Shown one piece after another: positions 38,258-49,059 of a stretch of DNA of 64,000 nucleotides. A model generated the notes under the pieces. It saw nothing but the letters and a program-made list of their open reading frames with translations. It made no database searches and was not told the origin of the DNA. Position 1 is the stretch's first letter, and every line of letters begins with the position of its first letter. Origin of the DNA: an uncultured Pseudomonadota bacterium (lineage in GTDB: Bacteria; Pseudomonadota; Alphaproteobacteria; RF32; CAG-239); assembly GCA_949295915.1 (NCBI GenBank), contig CASFNB010000006.1:10541-74540 (forward strand), written 5' to 3'. Made by a program: the position numbers and the translations under genes.

Positions 38258-40096
38258 TTAGATAGCTTTCAAAATATATTCCGAAAGTTTTTCAGAATAG
38301 AATGAAGGATCAGAGATGGCTTCCCCTTCGGCAATTTTTGCTTGGTCAAGCAAGATTTTTGCCACTTCTTCCACTTTTCCCATATCTTTGTTTTCACCAA
38401 CCATTTCCGATAATTTGATAATCAGCGGATGATATGGGTTCAATTCAAGGATTCGTGTGCTGGCAAAAGCTGTTTGTTGCTGATGGTTGCGCATCAAACG
38501 TTCCAAGTGAATGGACATTTGACCGTTTTCTACTGTCAAACTTACCGGAGATTTTGTGAGCTTATCGGTTGTAACCACTTTACCAACTTCGGATTTGAAC
38601 ATTTCAGTCAACTTATCGATCAATTTTTGCATATCGCCGTCAGCGGCCTTTTGTGAGTTGCGCTCCAACTTCCAATCAATATCTGCCTGATTGATGTGTT
38701 TGATGGCGTATCCTTTGTAATTTTGCAAAGTCTGCGTCCAAAATTCATCAATCGGATCAGTCAAAAGTAAGACTTCAATATTTTTGGCTTTAAAGGCTTC
38801 CAACTGCGGATTATTACGCAAAACTTTTTCATCATCACCGGTAATATAGTAAATAACTTTTTTATCATCGTCGATTCGCGAAATATAATCATCAAGAGAA
38901 GTATATTTTTCGGTATCATGTGTTGACATAAAGCGAGAAAGAGAAGCAATTTCTTCACGATTATTAAAATCTTCATAAATACCTTCTTTGAAAGCGATTC
39001 CAAAATCTTTCCAGAAAAGCATATAATCGTCATAATTTTCGGCTCGTTTTTTAAGCTCTTTCAAAATTCTTGAAACCGTACCATGACGAATTTTCTCTAA
39101 AAGCGCACTTTGTTGCAACATCTCGCGTGAAATGTTTAACGGCAAATCGGAAGAGTCGATAACCCCGACCACAAAACGCAGATAAGAAGGCAAAAGCGCT
39201 TCAACTTTATCGGAAATAAAGACTTTGTTAACATAAAGTTTCAAGCCGATTTTCTTATCAGGCTGAAATAAATCATACGGAGCTTGTTTCGGAATATAGA
39301 GTAAACCGGTATATTCCATATTTCCTTCGGCTTTGAAATGAAGTGTCATCCACGGTTCATCAAAGTTTTTGGAAAGATGATGATAAAATTCTTTATATTG
39401 CTCTTGCGTAATTTCACTTTTATGACGCGCCCAAAGAGCCGAACCGGTATTAACATTCTCTTCGCCGGCTTCACCCAAGCAAAGAACGATAGGATAGTTA
39501 ATATGGTCGGAATAAGTACGAATAATGTAACGCAGATAAATGGTATCGGTAAAGTTTTTATCATCTTCTTTCAGATAAAGTTTAATATCGGTACCGTTCA
39601 CATCTTTTTGTGCCTCTTCAATTTCAAATCCGCCGATACCGTCCGATATCCACTTCCAAGCCTTGTCTTCACCGGCTTTTTTAGTAACGATTTCTACCTT
39701 AGAGGCAACCATAAAAGCAGAATAAAAACCCACACCGAATTGACCGATTAAATCGACACCGGAACCGTTATCTTTGGCATTTTTCACAAAATCAGCCGTA
39801 CCTGATTTGGCAATTGTTCCCAAATGATTAATTAAATCATCTTTGTTCATGCCGATTCCGTTATCGGCAATGGTTAAGGTATTTTCTTTGGCGTCAGGCG
39901 TAATTTTGATTTTGAACTCACCGGAACTTTTGGCAATATCCGGATTTGTCAAAACCAAATATTTGAGTTTATCGCAAGCATCACTGGCATTAGAGATAAG
40001 CTCACGCAAGAAAATATATTTTTCGGAATAAAGGGAATTAACCACAATATCCAAGAGTTTGCTGACTTCAGCTTGAAAATTCATTTTTTCCGACAT
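38258..40096 (-). CDS. htpG: Molecular chaperone HtpG (Hsp90)
   Basis: FQAEVSKLLDIVVNSLYSEKYIFLRELISNASDA and DNGIGM, GQFGVGFYSAF motifs. Confidence 0.97.
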   Translation of the reverse strand: MSEKMNFQAEVSKLLDIVVNSLYSEKYIFLRELISNASDACDKLKYLVLTNPDIAKSSGEFKIKITPDAKENTLTIADNGIGMNKDDLINHLGTIAKSGTADFVKNAKDNGSGVDLIGQFGVGFYSAFMVASKVEIVTKKAGEDKAWKWISDGIGGFEIEEAQKDVNGTDIKLYLKEDDKNFTDTIYLRYIIRTYSDHINYPIVLCLGEAGEENVNTGSALWARHKSEITQEQYKEFYHHLSKNFDEPWMTLHFKAEGNMEYTGLLYIPKQAPYDLFQPDKKIGLKLYVNKVFISDKVEALLPSYLRFVVGVIDSSDLPLNISREMLQQSALLEKIRHGTVSRILKELKKRAENYDDYMLFWKDFGIAFKEGIYEDFNNREEIASLSRFMSTHDTEKYTSLDDYISRIDDDKKVIYYITGDDEKVLRNNPQLEAFKAKNIEVLLLTDPIDEFWTQTLQNYKGYAIKHINQADIDWKLERNSQKAADGDMQKLIDKLTEMFKSEVGKVVTTDKLTKSPVSLTVENGQMSIHLERLMRNHQQQTAFASTRILELNPYHPLIIKLSEMVGENKDMGKVEEVAKILLDQAKIAEGEAISDPSFYSEKLSEYILKAI

Positions 40097-40129
40097 GTTA
40101 TAAACTCCTCAAAGTCTTAAGATTACAAT

Positions 40130-40159
40130 ATATATGGGAAGCGAAACGAGATTTCGCAA
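40130..40159 (-). promoter_or_regulatory. Sigma-32 (RpoH)-like promoter upstream of htpG
   Basis: The minus strand reads CTTGCGAA-N14-CCCATATA, a close match to the CTTGAAA-N13/14-CCCCATNT consensus. Confidence 0.55.
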
Positions 40160-40246
40160 GCATGAAAAAATAAAAAAGCTTGATTTTAAAATCAATCTGA
40201 CTAGAGTATGGCATGATATTAATGTAATTACATGGAGTTTTTTAAT

Positions 40247-40486
40247 ATGGTATCTGTAGTAAATGATTCCTGCATCAAATGCAAATCTTGCGTAGATGTA
40301 TGTCCGGTTGATGCTTTTCACGAAGGCGATTCTCAAGTAGTTGTAGATCCCGATGTATGCATTGATTGCGGCGTTTGCATTTCCGAATGCCCGCAAGGCG
40401 CCATCTGCAACGATGCTGATGCTGAACAAAAATGGATTGACTTCAATGCTGAAAAAGCAGCTGAATGGCCCTCAGCTAACGACTAA
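40247..40486 (+). CDS. Ferredoxin (two Cys clusters, FdxA-like)
   Basis: CIKCKSCVDVCPVDAFHEG and CIDCGVCISECPQGAI. Start set at ATG 40247. Confidence 0.85.
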   Translation: MVSVVNDSCIKCKSCVDVCPVDAFHEGDSQVVVDPDVCIDCGVCISECPQGAICNDADAEQKWIDFNAEKAAEWPSAND

Positions 40487-40506
40487 TCGTTAAAAAATTT
40501 ACATAA

Positions 40507-40538
40507 AGGCCCTGATATTTTGTCAGGGCTTTTATTTT
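40507..40538 (+). terminator. Terminator after ferredoxin
   Basis: GCCCTGA / TCAGGGC stem followed by TTTTATTTT. Confidence 0.7.
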
Positions 40539-40605
40539 GCCTTGCAGAATTCGCAAAACTATATTAAGTAAAGAAAGTAAGTTTAATTTATTTGGATTTT
40601 TCATA

Positions 40606-41628
40606 ATGATAACAAAATCGGATAACACATATTATGACGTTGTCGGCATAGGCAATGCCATTGTTGATGTTCTGGCAAAAGTCGGAGAAGGATTTTTAAG
40701 TGAAAGAAAACTCATCAAGGGAGGCATGACATTGGTTGAAGCCAAAGATGCCGGCAAAATATACCAAGATTTGATTCCGGAAAGAGAAATCTGCGGCGGT
40801 TCGGCAGCCAATACCGTTGCTTGCTTGGCTTCTTTAGGTGGCTCTCCGGCATTCATCGGCAAGGTTCATGATGACGAATTAGGTCAGCTTTTCAAAAGAG
40901 ATATCGGCGCTGCCGGTGTCGATTTTGATACACCCTCATTAAACGAAGGCCCCATGACCGGCAGAAGTATTGTTTTGGTAACCCCCGACGCCGAACGCAG
41001 TATGTTTACCTATCTCGGTGCCGCCAGAAAATTATCGGCAAACGACATTGATGAAAACATCATCAAAGCCGCCAAAATCATTTATATGGAAGGCTATTTA
41101 TGGGATACGTTCAGTGCCCAAAGAGCCATGCTCAAAGCATGCAAATTAGCCCATAAGCACGGACGCAAAGTTGCCTTCAGTTTATCTGATTGTTCTTGTG
41201 TTGACCGCCACCGAAGAGAATTCAGAAAAATAGTAGAAAAATATGTTGATATACTATTTTGTAATGAAGAAGAAATCAAAGATTTGTTTGAAGAAGAAGA
41301 TTTTTATAAAACCTTAAAATTAATAAAACCCTACGTAGAAATTGCCGCAGTCACGAGAAGCGACAAAGGTTCGGTAGTTGTCAACGGCAGAACCCAAACC
41401 TTTGTTGAAGCGGAAAAAGTAGCAAACGTCGTTGATACAACCGGAGCCGGAGATTCTTACGCCGCCGGCTTTTTATACGGCATCATCAACGGTCGTTCAT
41501 TGGGAACCTGCGCCACCATCGGCGGCATAGCGGCATCGGAAGTCATCTCTCACTATGGTGCCAGACCGGAAGTATCCCTGCGCGGTTTTGTCAGAAAGAA
41601 ACTGATAGAATATGGCATTAGAGTTTAA
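40606..41628 (+). CDS. PfkB-family carbohydrate/nucleoside kinase (adenosine-kinase-like)
   Basis: VVGIGNAIVDVLA N-terminus and the ATP motif DTTGAGDSYAAGFLYG. Start set at ATG 40606. Confidence 0.75.
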   Translation: MITKSDNTYYDVVGIGNAIVDVLAKVGEGFLSERKLIKGGMTLVEAKDAGKIYQDLIPEREICGGSAANTVACLASLGGSPAFIGKVHDDELGQLFKRDIGAAGVDFDTPSLNEGPMTGRSIVLVTPDAERSMFTYLGAARKLSANDIDENIIKAAKIIYMEGYLWDTFSAQRAMLKACKLAHKHGRKVAFSLSDCSCVDRHRREFRKIVEKYVDILFCNEEEIKDLFEEEDFYKTLKLIKPYVEIAAVTRSDKGSVVVNGRTQTFVEAEKVANVVDTTGAGDSYAAGFLYGIINGRSLGTCATIGGIAASEVISHYGARPEVSLRGFVRKKLIEYGIRV

Positions 41629-41667
41629 AACAAAAAACGGGACTTTTTTTAATAAAAGTTCCGTTTT

Positions 41668-41991
41668 TTATATTGATATGCGAGGGCGTTTGAACCGAGA
41701 GCATCCCCATAAGAGCAACCACTCTTCAATAAAGGGAATTGTCCAAGAAACGGCAACGGCACAAGCATATCCTTCAAAACTATGAAACCAATGCGGATTC
41801 ATAAATGCCAAAAAGATACCGGAAATAACAACAAGAATATAACCGATTATCCGCACCACCGACCAAGACCGCATAACCATTTTTTGCATAAACAGCTGAT
41901 ACAAAAAATTAAGCAAAACAAAGCCCAAGCCGACAAAAAACAAAATTGTAAATACTTGTACCATAAAGCATTTGTTTGCATCATAATTCAA
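41668..41991 (-). CDS. Small membrane protein, unknown function
   Basis: Three hydrophobic segments. No motif recognised. Confidence 0.45.
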   Translation of the reverse strand: MNYDANKCFMVQVFTILFFVGLGFVLLNFLYQLFMQKMVMRSWSVVRIIGYILVVISGIFLAFMNPHWFHSFEGYACAVAVSWTIPFIEEWLLLWGCSRFKRPRISI

Positions 41992-42178
41992 TAAAATATG
42001 ACAATATAATTTTTTTCATAAATATATGTTGCCACAAACCGATTAATGTATAATTAAAAAAACAAAAAAAATTACACTAAATTCTTGTATTTTAAATTTA
42101 AGTTGGTATTTTAGGGGTGAATTTTAAGAAAAAAGGCACATAAAAAAGAGAACAAGCCTTTTGAGAGGAAATAATTTT

Positions 42179-43999
42179 ATGAATTTAAGAAACATTGCCA
42201 TTATCGCCCACGTTGACCACGGCAAAACCACAATGGTTGACGGGCTTTTAAAACAAAGCGGCACATTTCGCGATAACCAAAAAGTTGAAACCTGCGTCAT
42301 GGACAGCAACGATCTGGAACGCGAAAGAGGGATTACCATTTTATCAAAATGCACATCCGTTAACTGGCACGGCACCCATATCAATATCGTAGACACCCCC
42401 GGACACGCAGACTTCGGCGGTGAAGTAGAACGCATTTTATCTATGGTTGATGGTGTTGTTTTGCTGGTAGATGCCTCGGAAGGACCTATGCCGCAAACCA
42501 AATTTGTAACCGGAAAAGCTTTAAAGCTCGGCTTAAAACCGATTGTTGTCATCAACAAAGCCGATAAACCCGACGCCCGTGTAGATGAAGTTCTTGACGA
42601 AATTTTTGATCTGTTTGTCAGCTTAAACGCCAATGATGAACAACTCGACTTCCCTGTTTTGTACGCTTCGGGACGTAACGGCTGGGCAGTTAAAGATATG
42701 AAAGATGAGAAAAAAGATTTAACACCTTTGTTTGAGCTCATCTGCTCATATGTTCCGGAACCGAACTGCGAACCCGACAAACCTTTCTCTATGTTGGCAA
42801 CAACTTTGGAAGCCGATAAGTTTGTCGGTCGGTTGCTCACCGGAAAAGTTCAATCCGGCACGCTTAAAGTAAATGATACCGTAAAAGTTTTGAATGCCGA
42901 AGATAAAGAAGTTGAAAGAGTCCGTATCAGCAAAATCTTGGCTTACAGAGGGTTGACCAGAGAATCTTTGGAAGAAGCCCATGCCGGTGATATCATCGCC
43001 GTTGCCGGTGTTGTTAAAGGTACCGTTGCCGATACAATATGCGCTTTTGAAGTTGAAAAACACATTCCGGCTCAACCGATTGATCCTCCGACATTGGCCA
43101 TGACCTTCTCAATTAACGATTCGCCTTTAGCCGGTCGCGAAGGAGATAAAGTAACTTCTCGTATGATTTGGGACAGATTGTGCAAAGAAGCCGAAGGCAA
43201 CATTGCTTTAAAAATTTCTCGCACCGATTCTACCGATTCTTTTGAAGTTGCCGGTCGTGGCGAATTGCAATTGGGTGTTTTGATAGAAACCATGCGTAGA
43301 GAAGGTTTTGAATTGTCGATTTCTCGTCCGCGCGTTTTGATGCACAGAGATGAAAACGGCAACTTGTTGGAACCGGTTGAAGAAGTTGTTGTTGATGTGG
43401 ATGAAGAATTTTCCGGTACCGTTGTTGAAAAATTAGGTTCTCGTCGTGCCGAAATGGTAGATATGATTCCCTCCCAAATCGGTAACAAAGTTCGTTTGAT
43501 TTTCAACGCGCCGTCTAGAGGTTTAATTGGTTATCACTCCGAATTTTTGACCGATACCCGTGGTACCGGTGTTATGAACCGCAGCTTCAAAGATTATGAA
43601 CCTTATAAAGGAGAAATTGAAGGACGCCGTTGCGGAGTTCTGATATCTTCCGAAGCAGGAACCGCCGTAGCCTATTCTTTATGGAAATTGCAAGACCGCG
43701 GTCCGATGTTCATTGAACACAACTCACCTGTTTATGTCGGTATGATAATAGGGGAACACACCAAACCCAACGATTTAGAAGTAAACCCGACCAAATCCAA
43801 ACAATTAACCAACATTCGTGCGGCAGGTAAAGATGAAGCCATTGATTTGATTCCACCGAGAAAAATGACTTTGGAACAAGGCTTGTCTTACATTCAGGCT
43901 GATGAATTGTTGGAGGTAACCCCAAAGAGTTTACGCTTGAGAAAACGTATTTTGGATCCGTTACAACGTAAACGTCAAAAACCGGATGTTGTTGAATAA
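42179..43999 (+). CDS. typA: Translational GTPase TypA/BipA
   Basis: RNIAIIAHVDHGKTTMVD, DTPGHADFGGEVER, NKADK. Start set at ATG 42179. Confidence 0.97.
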   Translation: MNLRNIAIIAHVDHGKTTMVDGLLKQSGTFRDNQKVETCVMDSNDLERERGITILSKCTSVNWHGTHINIVDTPGHADFGGEVERILSMVDGVVLLVDASEGPMPQTKFVTGKALKLGLKPIVVINKADKPDARVDEVLDEIFDLFVSLNANDEQLDFPVLYASGRNGWAVKDMKDEKKDLTPLFELICSYVPEPNCEPDKPFSMLATTLEADKFVGRLLTGKVQSGTLKVNDTVKVLNAEDKEVERVRISKILAYRGLTRESLEEAHAGDIIAVAGVVKGTVADTICAFEVEKHIPAQPIDPPTLAMTFSINDSPLAGREGDKVTSRMIWDRLCKEAEGNIALKISRTDSTDSFEVAGRGELQLGVLIETMRREGFELSISRPRVLMHRDENGNLLEPVEEVVVDVDEEFSGTVVEKLGSRRAEMVDMIPSQIGNKVRLIFNAPSRGLIGYHSEFLTDTRGTGVMNRSFKDYEPYKGEIEGRRCGVLISSEAGTAVAYSLWKLQDRGPMFIEHNSPVYVGMIIGEHTKPNDLEVNPTKSKQLTNIRAAGKDEAIDLIPPRKMTLEQGLSYIQADELLEVTPKSLRLRKRILDPLQRKRQKPDVVE

Positions 44000-44004
44000 T
44001 AAGC

Positions 44005-44039
44005 ACAAAAAAGGTCGGAAAAATTCCGACCTTTTTTTA
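44005..44039. terminator. Bidirectional terminator
   Basis: A-run, GGTCGGAA / TTCCGACC stem, T7. Confidence 0.75.
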
Positions 44040-45266
44040 ATCCATACTTACAAACCGAACATTGTCGGCAAAGCTATATTGATGAGGATTTCTCGCCCAC
44101 CAACACAACCGAAGCAGAATAATAAAACCATTTATCCGAGCCATCAAAAAAGCCCAAAAATTATGTTTCCATCCGCCGATTAAGTCAAAAACAGAAAGCT
44201 GTTTGGGTTTATTTGAAGAACTGTTTTCAATAGCATTCATCAAAATCGACATAGCGATTCGCTGCAATTTTAAAGAGGCATTACTCATATTCGGATACGG
44301 AGAAAATCCCAAAAAATCATGCTCGTGAATATACGATTTTTTTTGCTCGCTGTTTTGTTGATGCAAATTTTCATACCAAACTTGCGGATCAACACGTTTA
44401 AGAACACGAGGATTTCCTTCAACACCGCCTTTAGCATATTGAGCACAATAAAAAACTTTACCCCAAGAACCGCCCCAATAACTCAAACCGAAATCTTCAA
44501 CAAAAATGTTACGATGAACATAACGAATAAAACCGTTTCCATGTTGAATGGACAAATCAGAAGCCGAAGCAACGGAAATGAATTGAGTTTTGGAATAACC
44601 GAGCGGACAATCGGGAGAATAAGCCAAAACCGTAATACTCTTCAACAAACGTTTTTTCTGACGATTCGAATATTCATCTCCCATCAACAACAAATTTAAT
44701 TGTTCTTCAATTTTCATCCAAGTATATGCACCGTGGCAATAAGCAATAACGGTCAATTTTCGCAATCGCCGTAAAGCAATGTCAAAGGGAAGCAAATTAT
44801 GAGCTCTGTCACAAATTCTGGGTAAAAGAATCTTGGCATAAATTTCCGAAACATATTCGGGAAAAGCATATTCCACTTGTTCTTCCTCATCAAAATTCTT
44901 AAACTGAGCCATATAAGAAGGATAATCCTTATGATACAGATAAAGCAACCTACGAGCCATATCAGGATTAAAATATTTTCCGAAATGACAAACGGCAGCA
45001 CAAAGCAACAAATTTTTCTTTGCAGACGGAATTGAACCGAAGATAAAATTCTCAGTTTTTTTCAATAAACTGTTGCAAGCACGAAGAACATCGCGTTTAT
45101 CCGATGTTCCGGCAAGGAGCAGAACCAAAGGTTTATCGGGATCAAAATCCGAACAAATGTCGATTCCGTAAGGGCATTCTTCAGAATGAGGCACCTTCTT
45201 TACAAAAAACGCAAAACTTTTATTCGTTTCTTGTTTTTTTTGTTCAAAATAATCTTCAATTTTCAT
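44037..45266 (-). CDS. Hypothetical 409-aa protein, no recognisable family
   Basis: Long uninterrupted ORF flanked by terminators. It has only a weak hydrolase-like segment (VIAYCHGAY). Confidence 0.5.
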   Translation of the reverse strand: MKIEDYFEQKKQETNKSFAFFVKKVPHSEECPYGIDICSDFDPDKPLVLLLAGTSDKRDVLRACNSLLKKTENFIFGSIPSAKKNLLLCAAVCHFGKYFNPDMARRLLYLYHKDYPSYMAQFKNFDEEEQVEYAFPEYVSEIYAKILLPRICDRAHNLLPFDIALRRLRKLTVIAYCHGAYTWMKIEEQLNLLLMGDEYSNRQKKRLLKSITVLAYSPDCPLGYSKTQFISVASASDLSIQHGNGFIRYVHRNIFVEDFGLSYWGGSWGKVFYCAQYAKGGVEGNPRVLKRVDPQVWYENLHQQNSEQKKSYIHEHDFLGFSPYPNMSNASLKLQRIAMSILMNAIENSSSNKPKQLSVFDLIGGWKHNFWAFLMARINGFIILLRLCWWARNPHQYSFADNVRFVSMD

Positions 45267-45401
45267 AATATAGAAATTTAATAATTTTTATTTAGACAAA
45301 AATGTAGCATATATTTTATAAAAAGCAACAAAAAACCCTTCCGACTTGGAAGGGTTAAAATTTTTCTAAAATTGAGAAGTTTTATTATAAAAACTTTGTC
45401 A

Positions 45402-45668
45402 TTATCTGCCGTGATTTTTATCCATATTATTAATAAGCACATTACTTTTCGGAGCTTCATACTCAAAACCGTATTTAGCGGCAAAAGTTTCAAGCATTTC
45501 TTTATTACCGACGGAAAGAGCAGTTAATCTTCCATCAACAAAATCTTTAATTAAATTGTCTTTTTCTTGACCGGATGTCAAATCTTTAACCCATTGAGGA
45601 AGAGGCATTGAAGAATGCAAAGATTTGAGTTCACCATCCTTTGCCAAAAATTCATCTAAATTAGTCAT
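45402..45668 (-). CDS. Hypothetical 88-aa protein
   Basis: ORF with normal composition. No motif recognised. Confidence 0.4.
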   Translation of the reverse strand: MTNLDEFLAKDGELKSLHSSMPLPQWVKDLTSGQEKDNLIKDFVDGRLTALSVGNKEMLETFAAKYGFEYEAPKSNVLINNMDKNHGR

Positions 45669-45865
45669 AAAACTTCTCCTTAAAACTTCATCTCTTTTTG
45701 TCTATTATCGCAATATTGATTTTATTTGTCAACTACAAACTGATATAACTGAGGATAAAAAACAAAAATCTTCGTTTCATAAATCAAGAATTTTACTCGC
45801 TTTTGTCATATTTATACACTAGAATGCTTAAAATTCAATAAACAATAAAAACAAGGTTAATAAAT

Positions 45866-47449
45866 ATGTCCTTATTTAAATCAATCGCCACCTTCGGAAG
45901 CTTTACATTACTGAGTCGCATTACCGGCTTCATTCGAGATATGGTTTTAGCGCGTTTTTTAGGAGCCGGCATGATTGCGGACGCTTTTTTTGTCGCCTTC
46001 AAATTACCGAATTTATTTCGAAGTCTTTTTGCCGAAGGTGCTTTTACCTCAGCCTTTGTTCCGATGGTTTCACAAAAATTGGCGGGCGAAGGCAAAGAAA
46101 GTGCCGTCAAATTTGCTTCACAGGCAATTTCGGTTTTAGCAGTTATTTTAACCTTGTTTGTTCTGCTTATGGAGTTTGGCATGCCGTGGGTCGTTCGCCT
46201 CATGGCTCCCGGATTCTCTGATAATCCCGAAAATTTTGCTTTGGCAGTCAGCTTATCACGCATCACCTTTCCGTTTTTGTTGTTTATCTCCATAGTCTCT
46301 TTTCAATCGGGAATATTAAACTCGCTCGGAAAATTTGCCGCGCCGGCTGCTGCACCGGTAATCTTAAACTTAATGATGACGGGGGCTGTATTCATTTTTG
46401 TGCCATTCGGTTTAACACCGGCGCACGGTATCGCCTTTAGCGTAACCTTTGCCGGTTTTATTGAAATTTTATGGCTGACATATTTTTTGCATTGCCAAAA
46501 AGTATATATCAAACCTCAAGCCGATATTGGCAATATTATCAAAGACAAGGAAATTAAAACACTGTTTAAGCGCATCACTCCGGGGATATTAGGAGCCGGC
46601 ATTTATCAAATAAACATGGTTGTTGATACCATAATCGTATCATTGGTCGGTACCGGCGCGATCAGCTGGCTTTATTATGCCAACCGCCTGCAACAATTAC
46701 CATTAGGCGTTGTTGGTGCCGCCATCAGCGTTGCTGTTTTGCCGATACTATCCAAACACCTAAAAGAAAACAATATAGAAGAAGCCAAGCGTACACAAAC
46801 CAAAGCTTGCGAATACGGTGCTTTGCTTTCGATTCCGGCAGCGGTTGCTCTCATTTTTTTAAGCACGCCGATTGTCAACATTCTCTTTCAACATGGCAAA
46901 TTCGGCATTTTGGAAACGGAAATGACTTCACTTGCGGTAATTGCTTATTCCTTTGGTCTTCCGGCTTATGTTCTGGTCAAAGCCTTGACGCCGAACTTTT
47001 TTGCTCGCGGCGACACCAAAACGCCGGTAAAATACAGTATTGTCGTCTTTTTTGCCAATTTGCTTTTTTCCGTATCACTTATGCCTTTCTTTGGACACGT
47101 CGGTGTAGCCACGGCTACCTCCATCGCAGCTTACGTCTCGCTGTACCAATATGTACACGGTCTGAAAAAAAGAGGATACTGGCAGTTTGATTACCGCCTG
47201 ATTAAACAAATCATAAAAATCAGCATCAGCTCTTTAATCATGGGCGGTATTATTTTTGCTGCCGAATACGGACTGAATGCGTATTACGGCAACTGGCTGA
47301 ACTTGGTTTACTGGCTCAAAATATTGATTCTTGTGGGTTTGTGTGCTTTGGGGGTTGCAAGTTTTGCAATAGCGGCTAAAATAACAGGAGCATTGAATAT
47401 CAATGAAATCATTGCCCTCATTTTGAAAAAGAAGCAAAAACATGCTTAA
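45866..47449 (+). CDS. murJ: Lipid II flippase MurJ
   Basis: LLSRITGFIRDMVLARFLGAG...ADAFFVAFKLPNLFRSLFAEGAF N-terminal signature and about 14 TM segments. Confidence 0.93.
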   Translation: MSLFKSIATFGSFTLLSRITGFIRDMVLARFLGAGMIADAFFVAFKLPNLFRSLFAEGAFTSAFVPMVSQKLAGEGKESAVKFASQAISVLAVILTLFVLLMEFGMPWVVRLMAPGFSDNPENFALAVSLSRITFPFLLFISIVSFQSGILNSLGKFAAPAAAPVILNLMMTGAVFIFVPFGLTPAHGIAFSVTFAGFIEILWLTYFLHCQKVYIKPQADIGNIIKDKEIKTLFKRITPGILGAGIYQINMVVDTIIVSLVGTGAISWLYYANRLQQLPLGVVGAAISVAVLPILSKHLKENNIEEAKRTQTKACEYGALLSIPAAVALIFLSTPIVNILFQHGKFGILETEMTSLAVIAYSFGLPAYVLVKALTPNFFARGDTKTPVKYSIVVFFANLLFSVSLMPFFGHVGVATATSIAAYVSLYQYVHGLKKRGYWQFDYRLIKQIIKISISSLIMGGIIFAAEYGLNAYYGNWLNLVYWLKILILVGLCALGVASFAIAAKITGALNINEIIALILKKKQKHA

Positions 47450-48491
47450 AGATAACATAAAAAAAGTTATTACCGAACAAAAAGACCGGTTAAAACAAAT
47501 TAACTGGCGTACTTTATATTCTGAAAAATATTCTAAAAAAATAAGCACTTTGGCCTCTCATACTTTTAGTTTCATTTCATCATGGTGGCATGTTCTTTTG
47601 GCTGGAATCATTTTATTTTTATGCCTTTATTATCCGCTGGGAGGATGGATTACAAATAACATAGACCGCAACACAGATTATGAAATAAATACAACAAACA
47701 AGAAACAATCGGCAACGGCGGAGATGGCTGCGTTCATCATCAATCGTGAAGTTAACGACAAGCTTTGGACAGCCAATGTACCGTTTTTCTTTCCGTCATA
47801 TTTTCTGGACAACATGCCGAATTTTCAACTGGGTATGATTAATGCAACATCAAATGTTGTTTCATCCTTAAGCAAAAGAATAGATTCGCCGATAATCAAC
47901 CATGAACAAACTTCTGTTTTGCAAAAAGCGGCGGAACAATTAAAATACGACGGCAAGATTTGGATGTTTTCACCGACCAATCGTTTTACACCGGTTCCCT
48001 CGGCCAACACACAATATCGTAAAGCCAGAAAGAATCTGATTGCTTTCAACCAAGCATTAAATGCCGACGAAATCATCTTTTATCGTCGTCCTGAAGATTT
48101 AGTATTCATCCTCAAACGAATCAATACCAATCTCAAAAAATCTCTCGATTCTATCGATAATCAAATTCGCGAAGAAAGTACAAGTTGGACCGATTTTAAG
48201 GCTGATGACATTTTTTATTACAACCAAGGCAAAGCTTATGCGTATTATCTTTTGTTAAAAGCCATCGGACATGATTATAAAGATATTTTGGTTGAAAAAA
48301 ACATCTACATCCTTTGGACAAAGACATTAAAAGCTTTGGAAGATGCGTCAAAGATAGATGCTTTTTCTATCCGCAATGCCGAGATAAACAGCTTAACGGC
48401 TCCCAATCATTTGGTTTATTTGGCATATTATATAGAAAAAGCACAAAACACAAACAAAGACATCATTCAATCTTTGCAAATAAAAAAATAA
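47442..48491 (+). CDS. Membrane-anchored hypothetical protein (possibly DUF2333 family)
   Basis: One N-terminal TM segment plus a ~280 aa domain. Family assignment from memory only. Confidence 0.35.
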   Translation: MLKDNIKKVITEQKDRLKQINWRTLYSEKYSKKISTLASHTFSFISSWWHVLLAGIILFLCLYYPLGGWITNNIDRNTDYEINTTNKKQSATAEMAAFIINREVNDKLWTANVPFFFPSYFLDNMPNFQLGMINATSNVVSSLSKRIDSPIINHEQTSVLQKAAEQLKYDGKIWMFSPTNRFTPVPSANTQYRKARKNLIAFNQALNADEIIFYRRPEDLVFILKRINTNLKKSLDSIDNQIREESTSWTDFKADDIFYYNQGKAYAYYLLLKAIGHDYKDILVEKNIYILWTKTLKALEDASKIDAFSIRNAEINSLTAPNHLVYLAYYIEKAQNTNKDIIQSLQIKK

Positions 48492-48499
48492 GGAAAACA

Positions 48500-49057
48500 A
48501 TGTTAATAGAGACTCAAAAAACCGCTGATAGCGAAGTTATGAATTTTTTTCCGCCGGTAAAACTTTTAAAAGCCGGAAGGGCAGAATTTATAGATTCAAA
48601 ATCAATACGTCGTTCGCCGTTAGCAGAAAAATTATTTGATTTAGGCGGAATAAAATCTATTTTCATCACGGAAGAGCTTATTTCCGTAACCAAAAATCCG
48701 AATGCCGATTGGGAAGATTTAAAACCGCAAATTTTAGCAGAAATAATGGATCATATTTCTTTGGGAGAAGAAACCATTGTTAACACGGAAGATGTTGCCT
48801 CCCAAGAAAAGAACAATATCATCGGGCAAATCATCGGTTTATTAAATGCGCGCATTCGTCCGGCAGTCAAACAAGATGGCGGAGATATTGTTTTCAAATC
48901 ATTTGAAGATGGGATTGTTTATGTTGAAATGAAAGGCAATTGTGCCGGCTGCCCCTACGCTTTGGTCACCTTAAAAGAAGGGGTTGAAAAAATATTAAAG
49001 GCCTACATTCCCGAAGTAAAAGAAGTTAGAAACTTTGAAAAGGCAAAAGGAGAATAG
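48500..49057 (+). CDS. NifU-family Fe-S cluster protein (Nfu N-domain plus NifU C-domain)
   Basis: PLAEKLFDLGGIKSIFITEELISVTK and the CxxC motif KGNCAGCPYALVTLKEGVE. Start set at ATG 48500. Confidence 0.8.
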   Translation: MLIETQKTADSEVMNFFPPVKLLKAGRAEFIDSKSIRRSPLAEKLFDLGGIKSIFITEELISVTKNPNADWEDLKPQILAEIMDHISLGEETIVNTEDVASQEKNNIIGQIIGLLNARIRPAVKQDGGDIVFKSFEDGIVYVEMKGNCAGCPYALVTLKEGVEKILKAYIPEVKEVRNFEKAKGE

Positions 49058-49059
49058 CC

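Noticed and set aside
42124-43506. Minus-strand ORFs (238, 109 and 144 aa) overlapping typA
   Set aside because: Antisense to a near-perfect TypA/BipA gene and compositionally biased (S/T/P-rich).
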